In this document: one piece after another, positions 1 to 12,675 of the stretch
How the letters are laid out: every line of letters starts with the position of its first letter
Numbering within the stretch: position 1 is the stretch's first letter
Assembly (NCBI RefSeq): GCF_000143415.4
Contig: NW_003314316.1
Span: 1-64,000 of the forward strand
Direction: 5' to 3'
Source: Selaginella moellendorffii
Lineage: Eukaryota; Plantae; Lycopodiophyta
Length of the DNA stretch: 64,000 bases
Program-made: the position numbers and the translations under genes
Notes under the pieces: model-generated
The model's input: the letters and a program-made list of their open reading frames with translations, nothing else
Told to the model about the DNA's origin: nothing
Database searches by the model: none

Positions 1-410
1 TTTGCTAAATTAATAGAAAATTTAATAAATTAGCTATATTCTTAAAAACTAAATTGCATCAAAGATTTCGACGCCTTTTATCACAAAACAACATATTCCT
101 GTAAGTAAATATTATTCATTTGGAGTAATAACATAGTTATAGCTTCTTTTCATTAATTTGTTTTTCTTAAATTTATTTCAGCTGAAATTAATTTAAGAAA
201 GATTTGCGAAAAAAATGATGTTATTGCTTTGAATAATGATAAACAACATTTTTTGTTGCTTTATTTATTTTTACTATATACAACATGAAAAAAATAATAT
301 TCATTAGAAATTTTGTGTGTAACTCTGTGATAAAAACATTAAAATCTATAATGGAATTTTGTTTTCTGACAATATGACCAATTTATTAATTTTTTTTTAA
401 TATTAGGAAT
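1..410. mobile_element. AT-rich MITE/foldback-like element
   Basis: 1-95 is an imperfect reverse complement of ~315-410; non-coding and AT-rich; left end may lie outside the window. Confidence 0.5.
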
Positions 411-1015
411 AAAATCATAAAATTTCATGCTTTATATTACTTTATTGATACATATGTAGGGAATATTTTTACTTATAAAAAAGTAAATTTCATATTAAAT
501 AAATTAAATACCATAAAACCTTATACAATTTGATAAATTTGTTTTAAAATAAAGTGGAATTGATGTAATCATATATTAGATTTATAATAATGATATATAA
601 TAGTAATATTGCTTTATATTTGAGAATGTTATGATAAATTATATATTGGAATTTTTTCTGTAAACAATTTAGAAGATATATCAAATGTATTTTAAATTAA
701 TTGAAAATGTAAAAAATAGTTTTAAGGAGAAATTTTTATTACTTTTAAGGCATACAAATAATTTAACACTTTTCACTTTAAAAAGCTTCCAACTTTTAAT
801 CTTTCCTCTTTTATTTTAATATAAAGAAAAACTCAATAATTATTATTTCAAGATTGTTAGTACTGTTCTGTTAAGACAAACTCATAATTTTTTATGACTC
901 CTTTAACTTAAATGTATAATAGTTTATATAGCAAACTTAATATGTTAAAAAAAATTCAAATGTAACTTTTTAAAAGAATATTCATAAAACACACAAGCAT
1001 ACAATCACTCCATAG

Positions 1016-4000
1016 GCATTAGTTAGCACAAAGCTAGTTCATGGTCTTCTCCCACCTCTTCTCACACTCTCTTCCCCAAGCTGAACACCACTACCTCTAA
1101 AAGCTGCTATGGTTTGCTGAGAAAATCATCCAGACACAAACTTAAGATAGGCTGTTCTTGAGGATCAAACTCTACCACAAAATCGAACTTCGTGTATAGT
1201 CCCATTTGTCAAGACATTGCAATCAGTGTGCCATCCAAGTCAAGGATCAAAGTCGACTTTGTCATCGTGTTGATCTTCTTCCTATTGGAATATTCCTGTT
1301 ATTGTTCAAGTAAGAAAGTGATTGTAATATAAAATCAGGGTCCACTTCTCGGACAAGATCCCACACAACCACAAGCACATTATACTATATTTTCGCTTTT
1401 AAGAAAAACCTTACCCACCATATCAAGTTCTGCCGGGAAATCCTGTTGAAGTGTTTGGGCGCATATGCATGTTGAGTATTGAAACATGTTCTGATTGCAG
1501 ACCAAGATTTGAGCGTACTGTCACAAGATCCACAATCTACATAATGGCGTCACTTATTGAATCGAAGAGCAAATAAAAGATACGCACCTGAGTAACGGAT
1601 ACGAAACGATGCAAGCTTGGAGTACTGGCTAGTAGCACTATGACTGACAATCTTGTTGTATCTGGGTCAGAAAGCATGTATCAATCTCGATTTGGCAGGT
1701 TGAAAGTCGGCGTGTAGTCATGACCAAAGCCTTCCAAAGTGATGCCTTATTCAAGAATTCCTGCTTGGACAAGCGTACTTAGTACTAAAAGTCGTACCTC
1801 TACATGAAGCAACCATTGTTGGAAGTGCAACAACAATCTTGAGGAACGCCCTTGCTTTCTGTGATTGGAAATACATCAAGCTTCGCTTGTGGACCATCTC
1901 TATGTTTGTAACAAAGAGGGAGTCTTGCTGTTCTTGTTTGCTTTGCGCATTCTTGTCTATAAAGCTGATATAAATTCCTAGATGAGCCTGTAAAAGATTG
2001 AAAAAGCAAAGACAGACCTTACTGGTCACACCAAACATCCTCAAAAGTGCAGCAGGGCCAGGTCTTCCTGGCACCCACTCTTTCTCGCTTTCGCCAATTG
2101 CATAGTCAATCTCGAGTTGCTTAAAAGCAGACAAAAAAATCAAGGTAAGCCGTCTCCTCTGTTTCCATAGAACCCTAAAAACTCCATTTTCCCGCCGAAC
2201 TTCACTGAATCGTGTTGAGGCCGAGATCGGCCGAGCTGCTGCTCTTGATCTGATCCATTGGGCGGCCGATCGTCAGGGAGCGTATCGCGCTACCATTCAT
2301 CGTCCACGATGTCCAGCGGCATCCCCAGGCCAAGCCCTACCGAAGAACCGTGAGGGAGATCTCGCTCTCGGGCTCTCAATTTGATCGCGCCAATGTTTCT
2401 GTATCAGTGTCTTCTTTCTGGAAAATGTACCACATCAGCTACAAGTGCCCGGGAATTCTACGAGGACCTGGAGCGCGGCGAGATCACCACGGTCCTCGAG
2501 GAGGTACCGATCGAGTTATGGAGCTCCTCGAGTGTAAATTTCCAGGAGAATGTAAGGCGCTGCTCGATTGAGCTCCACCGCGCGGCTGGTAGCTCGAGCG
2601 GCACGCCGCGCGTCCTCCGGCAGGATCCCAGCAGGTAGATCCAGTTATCGACGCGAGCGGGATAGAGCATCGTCTCCACCACATCGATCGCATCCTCCAG
2701 GTGTCCCAGCAGATCGATCATACATCCCGCCTTCCAGGTGGTAATCGATCGCCATGGAGTGGGACTCGATTCGCCGCCATGGCTATACACAAAAGATGTC
2801 TGTCCGGGAGGAGCAGCATTTGGCGCGAGAAACCGAGCACTCCTTCTGGGTCGCTGTTTTGGGCGTGCATGTCCAGCATCACGGTCCAGGCCCCAGATCC
2901 AGCTCGGGCATCGCATCGAACAGCCTCTTTGCTCGATGTATGTGCCCGCAAGTGGCATTTGCAGCGAGCATTGCGAGTGAAACCATCGTCCACGAAGCTA
3001 AGCTATGCTCGGCAGCGCTTTTGTCAATACAGCATGCTACTTCTATAGAAAATTCTCAAGTCTATAATGTTGTGATGTAGGTGAAAATACTGTTGACCCA
3101 AGGAGATAGGGACTTTCGAGCTTCTTCGGCATAGTGGGGTTGGTCAAGCATGAAGAGCAGGAGGTTTGTGGAGATAAAGCTCTTGAGCGGCACATAATTT
3201 TGACTTCTTCAACGCTGCAGCATGATCGTCCAGGCCCAAGCCTTTTTTCGTGAAACGCTGAGTTCCACGAGACTTGATCACAAACGGGCATTTGTGAGAA
3301 GACATCGTTTGCTTCGTCGACGAGGCCATGTTTTGCAATTCTTCGCGGCTTTGACACCAGTGCCCGCATTCCATGACACAAGGTTCCAACACGGCATTTT
3401 GTAGAAAACTTCCTTACGCTGATGTAAAGGGTTGCTGCCGTACTTGGCATAAACGCTGGGCAACGCGCTCCATGCCGTCAAAGATGGTGTTTACTTTTTC
3501 AGAATGCCCGTGTTGGGCATTTGCTTCAAGCATAACCGATGTCCGAAGAACACTAAATGCATTTTGTGAAACAGGCTTTTGGCCTCTGTGACGAGCCCTG
3601 GTTTGGCATATGCCGCGAGCATCGCGTTCCACGAGACGAGATTCCTCTCATGTTTCGAAAGTATGCCGCGAGCATGACGTCCCATATTGATTTGGATCAC
3701 AACGCCACGTAGGACCACGTAGGGCTGGATAATGACGTGTCAGAATGAGACCAACTTGGCGTGTCATTGCTGCGGGGCCTTATCGCGTTGTGGAGGATTG
3801 GATTCTTCCATGGAACATCGACAATCTTTTCCACATGAACCTATCACCGCATGAATCTACCACCGAAAAATGCTAAATGGTATGCATGTGTAGTAAGTAG
3901 ATGCTATACATGGGCATTTGATGTGCCTTAAGAAAACCACTTAGTTTTCTAGATCTGGGCTTCTGTTTTTGCAGTGGCGATAGTTTGAAGCGCTCCACGC

Positions 4001-4530
4001 GTGTTTAGGCCGAGCTTGATGTAATTGAGCAAATAGTCCTTGAAGACGACGGGTTTGTAGAGAGCTGGATGGGACGAGCTGGGGGGAAGGAGCAATCGGC
4101 AACGATTTGGCTGGGCCCATGAGCGTCGCGACTGAAATCCGGAGCTTCTCCTTGTTTACCACTGCCCGGTACTCCACGCTATGATATCTTCCATTGCTTA
4201 TGATCACTTACAAAACCAATGATTGGATTCTACTGTTTGCTATTGTTTGCTGTGTTCACGATCTAAAAGTGTGCTAGGAGTGAAAAAAACAATATGACAA
4301 ATGAAAAAAATACATTTATTCCAAACACCTTTGAGCATTAGCATGTTGTGTCTTTAGTTGCATCAATTTTCATTGCAATTTGACCAATTTTTAACATTCT
4401 TTTGAACTGACTTGCTTCATCTATCTTCCCCTAATATTTTCAAACTATGATTCCTAAATGATTAATGCTTGAAATTTGATCTTGGTCTTTTCTACAGTTT
4501 ATTTCTTGCTACAATATGTACAGAGTTAAA
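1016..4530 (-). pseudogene. Mosaic copy 1: FCP1/NIF phosphatase fragment + condensed POLD1 5'-COX5C-PPR block + 2-ODD 3' end
   Basis: 1330-3650 is the reverse complement of 42218-46010 with many deletions and retained introns; 3770-4230 matches 10370-10855 directly; 1120-1270 (-) encodes STLILDLDGTLI. Confidence 0.9.
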
Positions 4531-6014
4531 CAACAGAAAATTTCTGAAACACAGAAAAATCCCAACTCAAACACATAGGTGTGTTACAAATTCTCAAACA
4601 CTTGCTTATGTACTACTTACATTGTCATCCTCCATAACCCATGATCTGATCCTCCATGTTATCATGTACCTCTAAACCTTATACCACAAGTTTTGTTATT
4701 TCCAGCTTTAGGCAGCGGGTAGCCATTAAGTGGTTATACTAGATAGTTTAGAATAACAAGTTGAGAAGTGGTTAGTAATTAGAAGTTAAAAATTTTACTT
4801 AGTGGACTAAGAGAAGTTAATGGTGTTTTCCAGTGAGTTAACAAAAAATGAGGTGAAAGATTAATCTTGAGAAAAGAGTTAAAATAAGTAGTAGAAGAAC
4901 AAAAAATAGGAGCATTAGTAATATTTTCAACTCCAGTTTACTTGGCTTATTTGCTTTTATGGATGCTTTTTCAATTATTTAAGAATTTTTTTTTGTTAAC
5001 TCAAGTTTTTTTTTTCTTCAATAACTCTAAAAGCTTCTTCACCAACTCAAGTCATGAACTAAAGAAAAATCACATATATGAATGTACTTTCAAGGTTGCA
5101 GCCATAATATTATCATCCCTAGTATAAGCCTCTTTTAATTAATCTAACAAATTTAAATAAGTGCCAAAAATATTGAAATAATAATTATTGATTTTTTTCT
5201 TTTAAATAAAAAAGTTACTGTAACCTTCTCAAATACAAAACAATATCACTATTATATATGATTACGTCAATTTCAAATTTATTTTGGAACCAGTTTTAAT
5301 AAAATATTATTTTTATACCATTTATTCTAATTAATTAAAAATATAGTTTTCCATGATAAAACTTATGCTCTAAATATGTATTAATAATAGTATAGAATTT
5401 CATATTTCTTGAAAAAAATTAGAAAACATTTAAGATTAAGTTTTAAATTATAAAACAGCTTTAAAATATAAGTAATAATTTTTCTTTAAAAAATAGTATA
5501 AGAAAATGTAATTTATACATTAAAAATTAAAATATTTATAAAAATTATCATATTTTATATAACGATACAATGTTTAAATAATAAACTTTGTTACTACCTC
5601 TTTTGATGTGGATCCATGCATTTCCACCATCAACAAATCTATTACAATATTATCTTTATTGAAGCACAAGAAACCTTGAAAACTAAAAAGATACACAAAA
5701 AAAATTTAATTATTACAATAACATTTCATGGATTATAATGGTTTTCCAAGTCCTTTTCTTTGGTTTAAAATTATAATTTCAAAATTGATTTAAGTGTTTG
5801 GTAGTTGCATATGAAGTTACAATTGATTTATCAAGATTTTGTAATCAACTGATATTTATGCGATAACTCTGAGTTTTGTTTTAGCTATGGTTATTAACAA
5901 TTTTATTGGTGGTTTTATGAGAGCTTCAGATTTTTCTAGTAATTTGTAATCACTTAACAGAAGGTCCAGATGTTTCACCTAATTTATTGTCAAAGGGGAA
6001 AATGGTGTAAGATT

Positions 6015-6072
6015 TATATATATATATAGACACACACATATATATATATACATACATACATATATATATATT
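6015..6072. repeat. (TA)n/(CA)n microsatellite
   Basis: tatatata...cacacaca...tatata run. Confidence 0.9.
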
Positions 6073-6259
6073 ACCTACCTAGGTAATTTATTAATTATAG
6101 TACTAAAGCATATGGACTGTTCGTTTAGGATTGAATCTGGTCCATCCATTTTTGTTAACCTATTTTTATATCCCGAGCTATAAATTTTACAGTATTTAAT
6201 TTAATTAATTAAAAAATTATCTTACAAACACTCCATAACGATAAATATCAAAATGGTGA

Positions 6260-9200
6260 AAGCATTAGCTAGCACAATCTCCAAATACACCCTTTTCCCC
6301 AGGCTGAACACCAACACCTTTAAAAGCTACTATGGTTTGCTGAGGAAATCATCCAGAAGCAATCCCAAGATGGGCTGTTCTTGAGGATCAAAGTCTACCA
6401 CAAAATCGATGTTCAATTGTAGTCCCGCTTGTCGAGACGTTGCAATCAGTGTGCCGTCCAAGTCAAGGATTAAAGTCAACTTGTACTGGAATATTCCTGT
6501 TATTGTTCAAATGTCAGGAGTGCTCGATCTCTCACGCCAAATGCTGCTCCTCCCGGACAAATATCTTAGGATGCGATCGATGTGGTGGAGACGATGCTCT
6601 ATCCCGCTCGCGTCGATAACTGGATCTGCCTGCTGGGATCCTGCCGGAGGACGCGCGGCGTGCCGCTCCCGCTACTAGCCGCGCGGTGGAGCTCAATCGA
6701 GCAGCGCCTTACATTGTCCTGGAAATTTACACTCAAGGAGCTCCATAACTCGATCGGTACCTCCTCGAGGACCGTGGTGATCTCGCCGCGCTCCAGAGCC
6801 TCGTAGAATTCCCGGGCGCTTGTAGCTGATGTGGTACATTTTCCAGCAAGAAGACACTGATACAGAAACATTGGCGCGATCAAATTGAGAGCCCGAGAGC
6901 GAGATCTCCCTCAGGGTTCTTCGGTAGGGCTTGGCCTGGGGATGCCGCTGGACATCGTGGACGATGAATGGTAGCGCCATACGCTCCCTGAAGATCGGTC
7001 GCTCAATGGTTCAGATCAAGAGCAGCAGCTCGGCCGCCGATCTCGGCCTCAACATGATTCAGTGATCTTCGGGAGTTTTTAGGAAAATGGAGAACCACGT
7101 CAAGGCTTACCTTGATTTTTTCGTCTGCTTTTAAGCAACTCGAGATTGACTATGTGATTGGTGAAAGCGAGAAAGAGTGGGTGCCAGGAAGACCTGGCCC
7201 TGCTGCACTTTTGAGGATGTTTGGTATGACCAGCAAGGTCTGTCTTTACTTTTTCAATCTTTTATAGGCTCATCTAGGAATTTATATCAGCTTTACAGAC
7301 ATGAATGCGCGAAGCAAACAGGAACAGCAAGACTCCCACTTTGTTACAAACATAGAGATGGTCCACAAGCGAAGCTTGATGTATTTCCAATCACAGAGAG
7401 CAAGGGCGTTCCCCAATATTGTTGTTGCACTTCCAACAATGGTTGCTTCCTGTAGAGGTACGACAGGAATTCTTGAATAAGGCATCACTTTGGAAGGCTT
7501 TGGTCATGACTACACGCCGACTTTCAACCTGCCAAATCGAGATTGATACACTGTGACTTTGTCATCTCCATTGTGAAATATTGTGATATGTTCAACACAC
7601 TTTTCTTTGTGCTTTCTGACCCAGATACAACAAGATTGTCAGTCATAGTGCTCCAAGCTTGCATCGTTTCGTATCCGTTATTCAGGTGCGTATCTTTTAT
7701 TTGCTCTTCGATTCAATAAGTGACGCCATTATGTTGATTGGGGATCTTGTGACAGTACGCTCAAATCTTCCTCTGCAATCAGAACATGTTTCAATACTCA
7801 ACATGCATATGCGGCCAAACACTTCAACAGGATTTCCCGACAGAACTTATTGATACTTGGTATGGTGGGTAAAGTTTTTCTTAAAAGCGAAAATATAGTA
7901 CAATGTGCTTGTGATTGTGCAGGATCTTGTCCGAAAAGTGGACCCTAATTTTATATTACAATCACTTTCTTGCTTTTTTGGGCGTGCATGTCCAGCATCA
8001 CGGTCCAGGCCCCAGATCCAGCTCGGGCATCGCATCGAACAGCCTCTTTGCTCGATGTATGTGCCCGGAAGTGGCATTTGCAGCGAGCATTGCGGGCGAA
8101 ACCATCGTCCACGAAGCTAAGCTATGGTCGGCAGCGCTTTTGTTATAGGGACGTTCGAGCTTCTTCGGCATAGCGGGGTTGGAAGCACGAAGAGCAGGAG
8201 GTTTGTGGAGATAAAGCTCTTGAGCGGCACATAGTTTTGGCTTCTGCAACGCTGCAGCATGATCGTCCAGGCCCAAGCCCTTTTTCGTGAAACTCTGAGT
8301 TCCACGAGACATGATCACAAAGGCACATAATTTGGCTTCTTCAACGCTGCAGCATGATCGTCCAAGCCCAAGCCTTTTTTCGTGAAACGCTGAGTTCCAC
8401 GAGACTTGATCACAAACGAGCATTTGTGAGAAGACATCGTTTGCTTCGTCGACGAGGCCATGTTTTGCAATTCTTCGCGGCTTTGACACCAGTGCCCGCA
8501 TTCCATGACACAAGGTTCCAACACGGCATTTTGTTCCTTACGCTGATGTAAAGGGTTGCTGCCGTACTTGGCATAAACGCTGGGCAACGCGCTCCATGAG
8601 ACGAGACCGTGAATCGCCATGCCGTCAAAGATGGTGTTTACTTTTTCAGAATGCCCGTGTTGGGCATTTGCTTCAAGCATAACCGCTAAATGCATTTTGT
8701 GAAACAGGCTTTTGGCCTCTGTGACGAGCCCTGGTTTGGCATATGCCGCGAGCATCGCGTTCCACGAGACGAGATTCCTCTCATGTTTCGAAAGTATGCC
8801 GCGAGCATGACGTCCCATATTGATTTGGATCACAACGCCACGTAGAACCACGTAGGGCTGGATAATGACGTGTCAGAATAAACTTTCGAACTGAGACCAA
8901 CTTGGCATGTCATTGCTGCGGGGCTTTATCGCTTTGTGGAGGATTGGATTCTTCAACATTGACAATCTTTTCCACATGAATCTATCACTGCATGAATCCA
9001 TCACCGAAAATGCTAAATGGTATGCATGTATAGTAGATGCTATACATGAGCATTTGATGTGCCTTAAGAAAACCACTTAGTTTTCTAGATCTGGGCTTCT
9101 GTTTTTGCAGTGGCGATAGTTTGAAGCGCTCCACGCGTGTTTAGGCCGAGCTTGATGTAATTGAGCAAATAGTCCTTGAAGACGACGGGTTTGTAGAGAG

Positions 9201-9670
9201 CTGGATGGGACGAGCTGGGGGGAAGGAGCAATCGGCAACGATTTGGCTGGGCCCATGAGCGTCGCGACTGAAATCCGGAGCTTCTCCTTGTTTACCACTG
9301 CCCGGTACTCCACGCTATGATATCTTCCATTGCTTATGATCACTTACAAAACCAATGATTGGATTCTACCGTTTGTTATTGTTTGCTGTGTTCATGATCT
9401 AAAAGTGTGCTAGGAGTGAAAAAAACAATATGACAAATGAAAAAAATACATTTATTCCAAACACCTTTGAGCATTAGCATGTTGTGTCTTTAGTTGCATC
9501 AATTTTCATTGCAATTTGACCAATTTTTAATATTCTTTTGAACTGACTTGAAGTGCTTCATCTATCTTACCCTAATATTTTCAAACTATGATTCCTAAAT
9601 GATTAATGCTTGAAATTTTATCTTGGTCTTTTCTACAGTTTATTTCTTGCTACAATATGTACAGAGTTAA
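6260..9670. pseudogene. Mosaic copy 2: tandem duplicate of copy 1 with internal inversion
   Basis: 6260-6510 direct to 1016-1309; 6516-7973 inverted relative to 1310-2846; 7974-9670 direct to 2856-4530; local duplication at ~8210-8420. Confidence 0.9.
6340..6485 (-). pseudogene. FCP1/SCP (NIF) HAD-phosphatase gene fragment
   Basis: Translates KLTLILDLDGTLIATSRQAGLQLNIDFVVDFDPQEQPILGLLLDDFLS: DxDxT motif in NIF-like context; no start codon or C-terminus. Confidence 0.65.
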
Positions 9671-10563
9671 ACTTTCAAAAACTAATTGACATAGAAATAT
9701 TCTTTTACTTTTATCTAGTAAAAGTTAAGATGCTGAAAAAAACTTTGAGTTTAAGAACTTCTTTCCATCTTCACTACTTTTTGGTTGACAAACTGTTAGT
9801 ATTTGTGGAAAGTTAAATGCTGCCAAGCTTTTAACATGATCATCCAAGGGGTAAGTAGAAGCAACTATCATAAAACTCATTTTATCACCTTTGCTAGTTG
9901 GTGAGAATTTAAGACTTCTCCAGTCTTGGGTTTAGTTTTCATGCTTTAAGTTATAGTTCACCCTAATTTGCCTTAAGTACCCACCTAACATTTGTCTTTT
10001 TTTCCATGTGTACGGCCAAGGCTCCTCCTGAGGATCATGGGCCCGGAATCAGGGCCCAGGTCGACCAGCCCCAATTGCCTGAAAAAGGCATATAAACATA
10101 GGACCCAGAATTTTCCTATGTACCCCACATGTACCCCCCTTATCACTAGCTCTTCAGAACTAATTTAATGAATCTACAGCAACAACTAAAAAATGGATGG
10201 AATTATTGGGAATTCTGGTCAAATGTATTTTGCTGATGTGGCAATATCCTACATGGCTCTTAACACGTGTCATTATGTTGAATTAAGTGTTTTAGATCAT
10301 GAACGTCCAATTGATCGAAGGCCCGGAATCGATTGGGCCCAGTGAAAATCTGAGCCACTCAAAGAGCGGCTGCAGGGCCTTATCGCTTTGTCTATATCGA
10401 AAAACGTAAAAGATCAGATTGTTCCATGGAACATCGGCATGAATCTTTCATGAATGTATCACCGCATGAATCCATCACCGACACGAAAATGCTAAATGAT
10501 ATGTATGTTTAGTAGATGCCATTCATGGGCATTTTCTGTTCCATATGAAAACCTCCTAATTTT

Positions 10564-11859
10564 CTAGTTCTGGGCTTCTGTTTTTGCAGTGGCGATGGTT
10601 TGAAGAGCTCCACGCGTATTGAGGCCGAGTTTGATGTAATTGAACAAATAGTCTTTGAAGACCACGGGTTTGTAGAGAGCTGGATGGGTTTTGTCGACGA
10701 GCTGGGGAGCAGGAGCAATCGACGATGATTTGGCTGGGCCAATGAGCGTCGCGACTGAAATCCGGAGCTTCTCCTTGTTTACCACTGCCCGGTGCTCCAC
10801 GCTATGGTATCTTCCATTGCTTATGATCTACACAAACAAAACCAATGATTGGATAGGTTCTCTCTACAGTTGCTACTCTTGGGCAGCAAGATCTTTGCAA
10901 CATACCTGGAGCTGATCACCCAGGTTCACGAGAAGGGCCTCTGGAAGCATTTTCACCGTGACCCACTGATGGTCCTTGTGAAACAACTGGAGACCATCGA
11001 CTTGGTTCTGGACGATGACTGTGAGAGCAGTAGCGTCGGAGTGAGCTCCAAGCCCGATTGCCCGATTGGGATCCGGACACGGCGGGTAAAAATTTATGGC
11101 TAGAATCCTCTCGCGTCCCGCCAACTCTTCGTTCAGGTATCCCGCCGGAAGCTCCAAGCTTTCGGTCATAGCTTCCAGTAACACGGACACGAAGTCATTG
11201 ATTCGCCCTCCATACGAATTCACAGCATCTCTACAGAAGAGTCTTTTTTCTTATCAAGGGCAGAAAGACCAAGCTCTTGGATTGGAATGGAAGAGTCTAA
11301 CCTTGGGAGGTGTTCTTTGGCTGGCCAGACACTATCAGCTTCCAGAGCTGACGCTTCAGCGGGGATGCGGAGAACGTCCTTCCACTCAAGGATGACGTCG
11401 CGAGAAGAATCAAAGCTAGTGGAGTAGCGCATGGGCCGGCCGTCAAACACAGTGACAAAGTACTTCATCTTATCCTCCACGGGTACGTCGTAGAAGTGCT
11501 TTGCAGCGTTTCGCATTCCTTGAAGGATATCCTTTGGAACACCATGGTTGATCACCTTCCAGGGAGTAGAATCCAAACACACAAACTTTAGCTCTTATCA
11601 CTTTCACTCCCAGGCACGGAAATCGAGAGCTCACCTGGAAAGCACCCCACTCCCGGCAAGCTTGATCCAGCTCTCGCAGGAATTCTTCCTTTCCACCAGC
11701 AGCAGCGCTACTCGTGAATTCACTCAAGTCGAGCACTGGAATTTGAGCGCCCCCGGTGGCAGCTTGGATCTGGATCTTTTGAGGCTGCACGTACTCTTGT
11801 GGAAGAGATTGGTGAATTTGCAGCTGCTCAATTAGAGCTTGGATGGGCTTTGAAGCCAT
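10564..11859 (-). CDS. 2-oxoglutarate/Fe(II) dioxygenase (DOXC class), 4 exons
   Basis: Exons ~11859-11635, 11555-11302, 11231-10906, 10827-10564; motifs IPVLDL, ACREWGAFQVINHG, NFYPPCP, HSD, HRA, RIS. Confidence 0.95.
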
Positions 11860-12034
11860 CACTCTCTCTTTCTCTTTATCTCTGGGAGCTTCTTAAAGAC
11901 GAATACCAGGTCTTTATAAGAGAGATGTGAACGAGAGAAGAGAAAGAGAGAAAGGAAGAGGGGCGAGCGCGAAGGAGCAAGCGAATTGATAGTGATATGA
12001 TGCCAGCGAATAAACTCTCATTGGTGGAAATGAC

Positions 12035-12185
12035 CACGTGTTTTATATTTTCTTTTTTGTTATTTTGGGATACTATTCACACTTTAGGTCTTTAATCTTA
12101 GGATGAGCCGAGGTTTTAAAATTTCGCCGCAAAAAGGAGAAAAAAAAAACCACACGTGCGCGACGTTAGACATATATAGCACGTG
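12035..12185. promoter_or_regulatory. Three G-boxes (CACGTG) upstream of the 2-ODD
   Basis: CACGTG at 12035, 12153 and 12180; TATA-like CTTATAAA (-) near 11915. Confidence 0.5.
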
Positions 12186-12675
12186 GGTTTATAAAAAATC
12201 AAAGTGAGAGGTGGAATGATCGATCGGGAGTACTCAATGGTCTGACTTACCATTGTCAACGTCATCCCAAATGCTGAATTCAAAAGTGCCAAGCTTTACA
12301 GGTATAAGGTGAGGAAGCACAAGATTGTACAAGCAATACCATCAACATTGTTAAATTAGTATAATTCAGTTATGGTGTATCTGTAACACGATCTAGCACA
12401 CCTCAAAAGATGTATTAAAAACATAAAAGATTATTACTATCATCTCTAGTTAGTCTCTCCCTACACCTTGATTTCAAAACTGATTATTTTGAGACCAATC
12501 CCTTGCTATGATTTAGTTAAATAGTGCTTGCTTGTCCAAACAAAGATGTGGATGTTGCATTCAAGAACAAGGATGATGACATAGATGATGTTTAGTATTG
12601 GGTGTGTGATGAAATTTGCCACATGCATCGTGCAACTGTCAATATCCTCTATTTTATAGGTGGAAAACATGGCAA

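Noticed and set aside
1751-9343. Many 60-180 aa ORFs in the mosaic region
   Set aside because: They are out-of-frame patchworks of POLD1, COX5C, PPR and 2-ODD fragments; the 2-ODD piece has lost its distal iron-binding His (VEYRA versus VEHRA)
1016-9670. Copies 1 and 2 as uncollapsed haplotypes
   Set aside because: They differ by an inversion, private indels and different flanks, and no gap lies between them; long reads are still needed to exclude this fully
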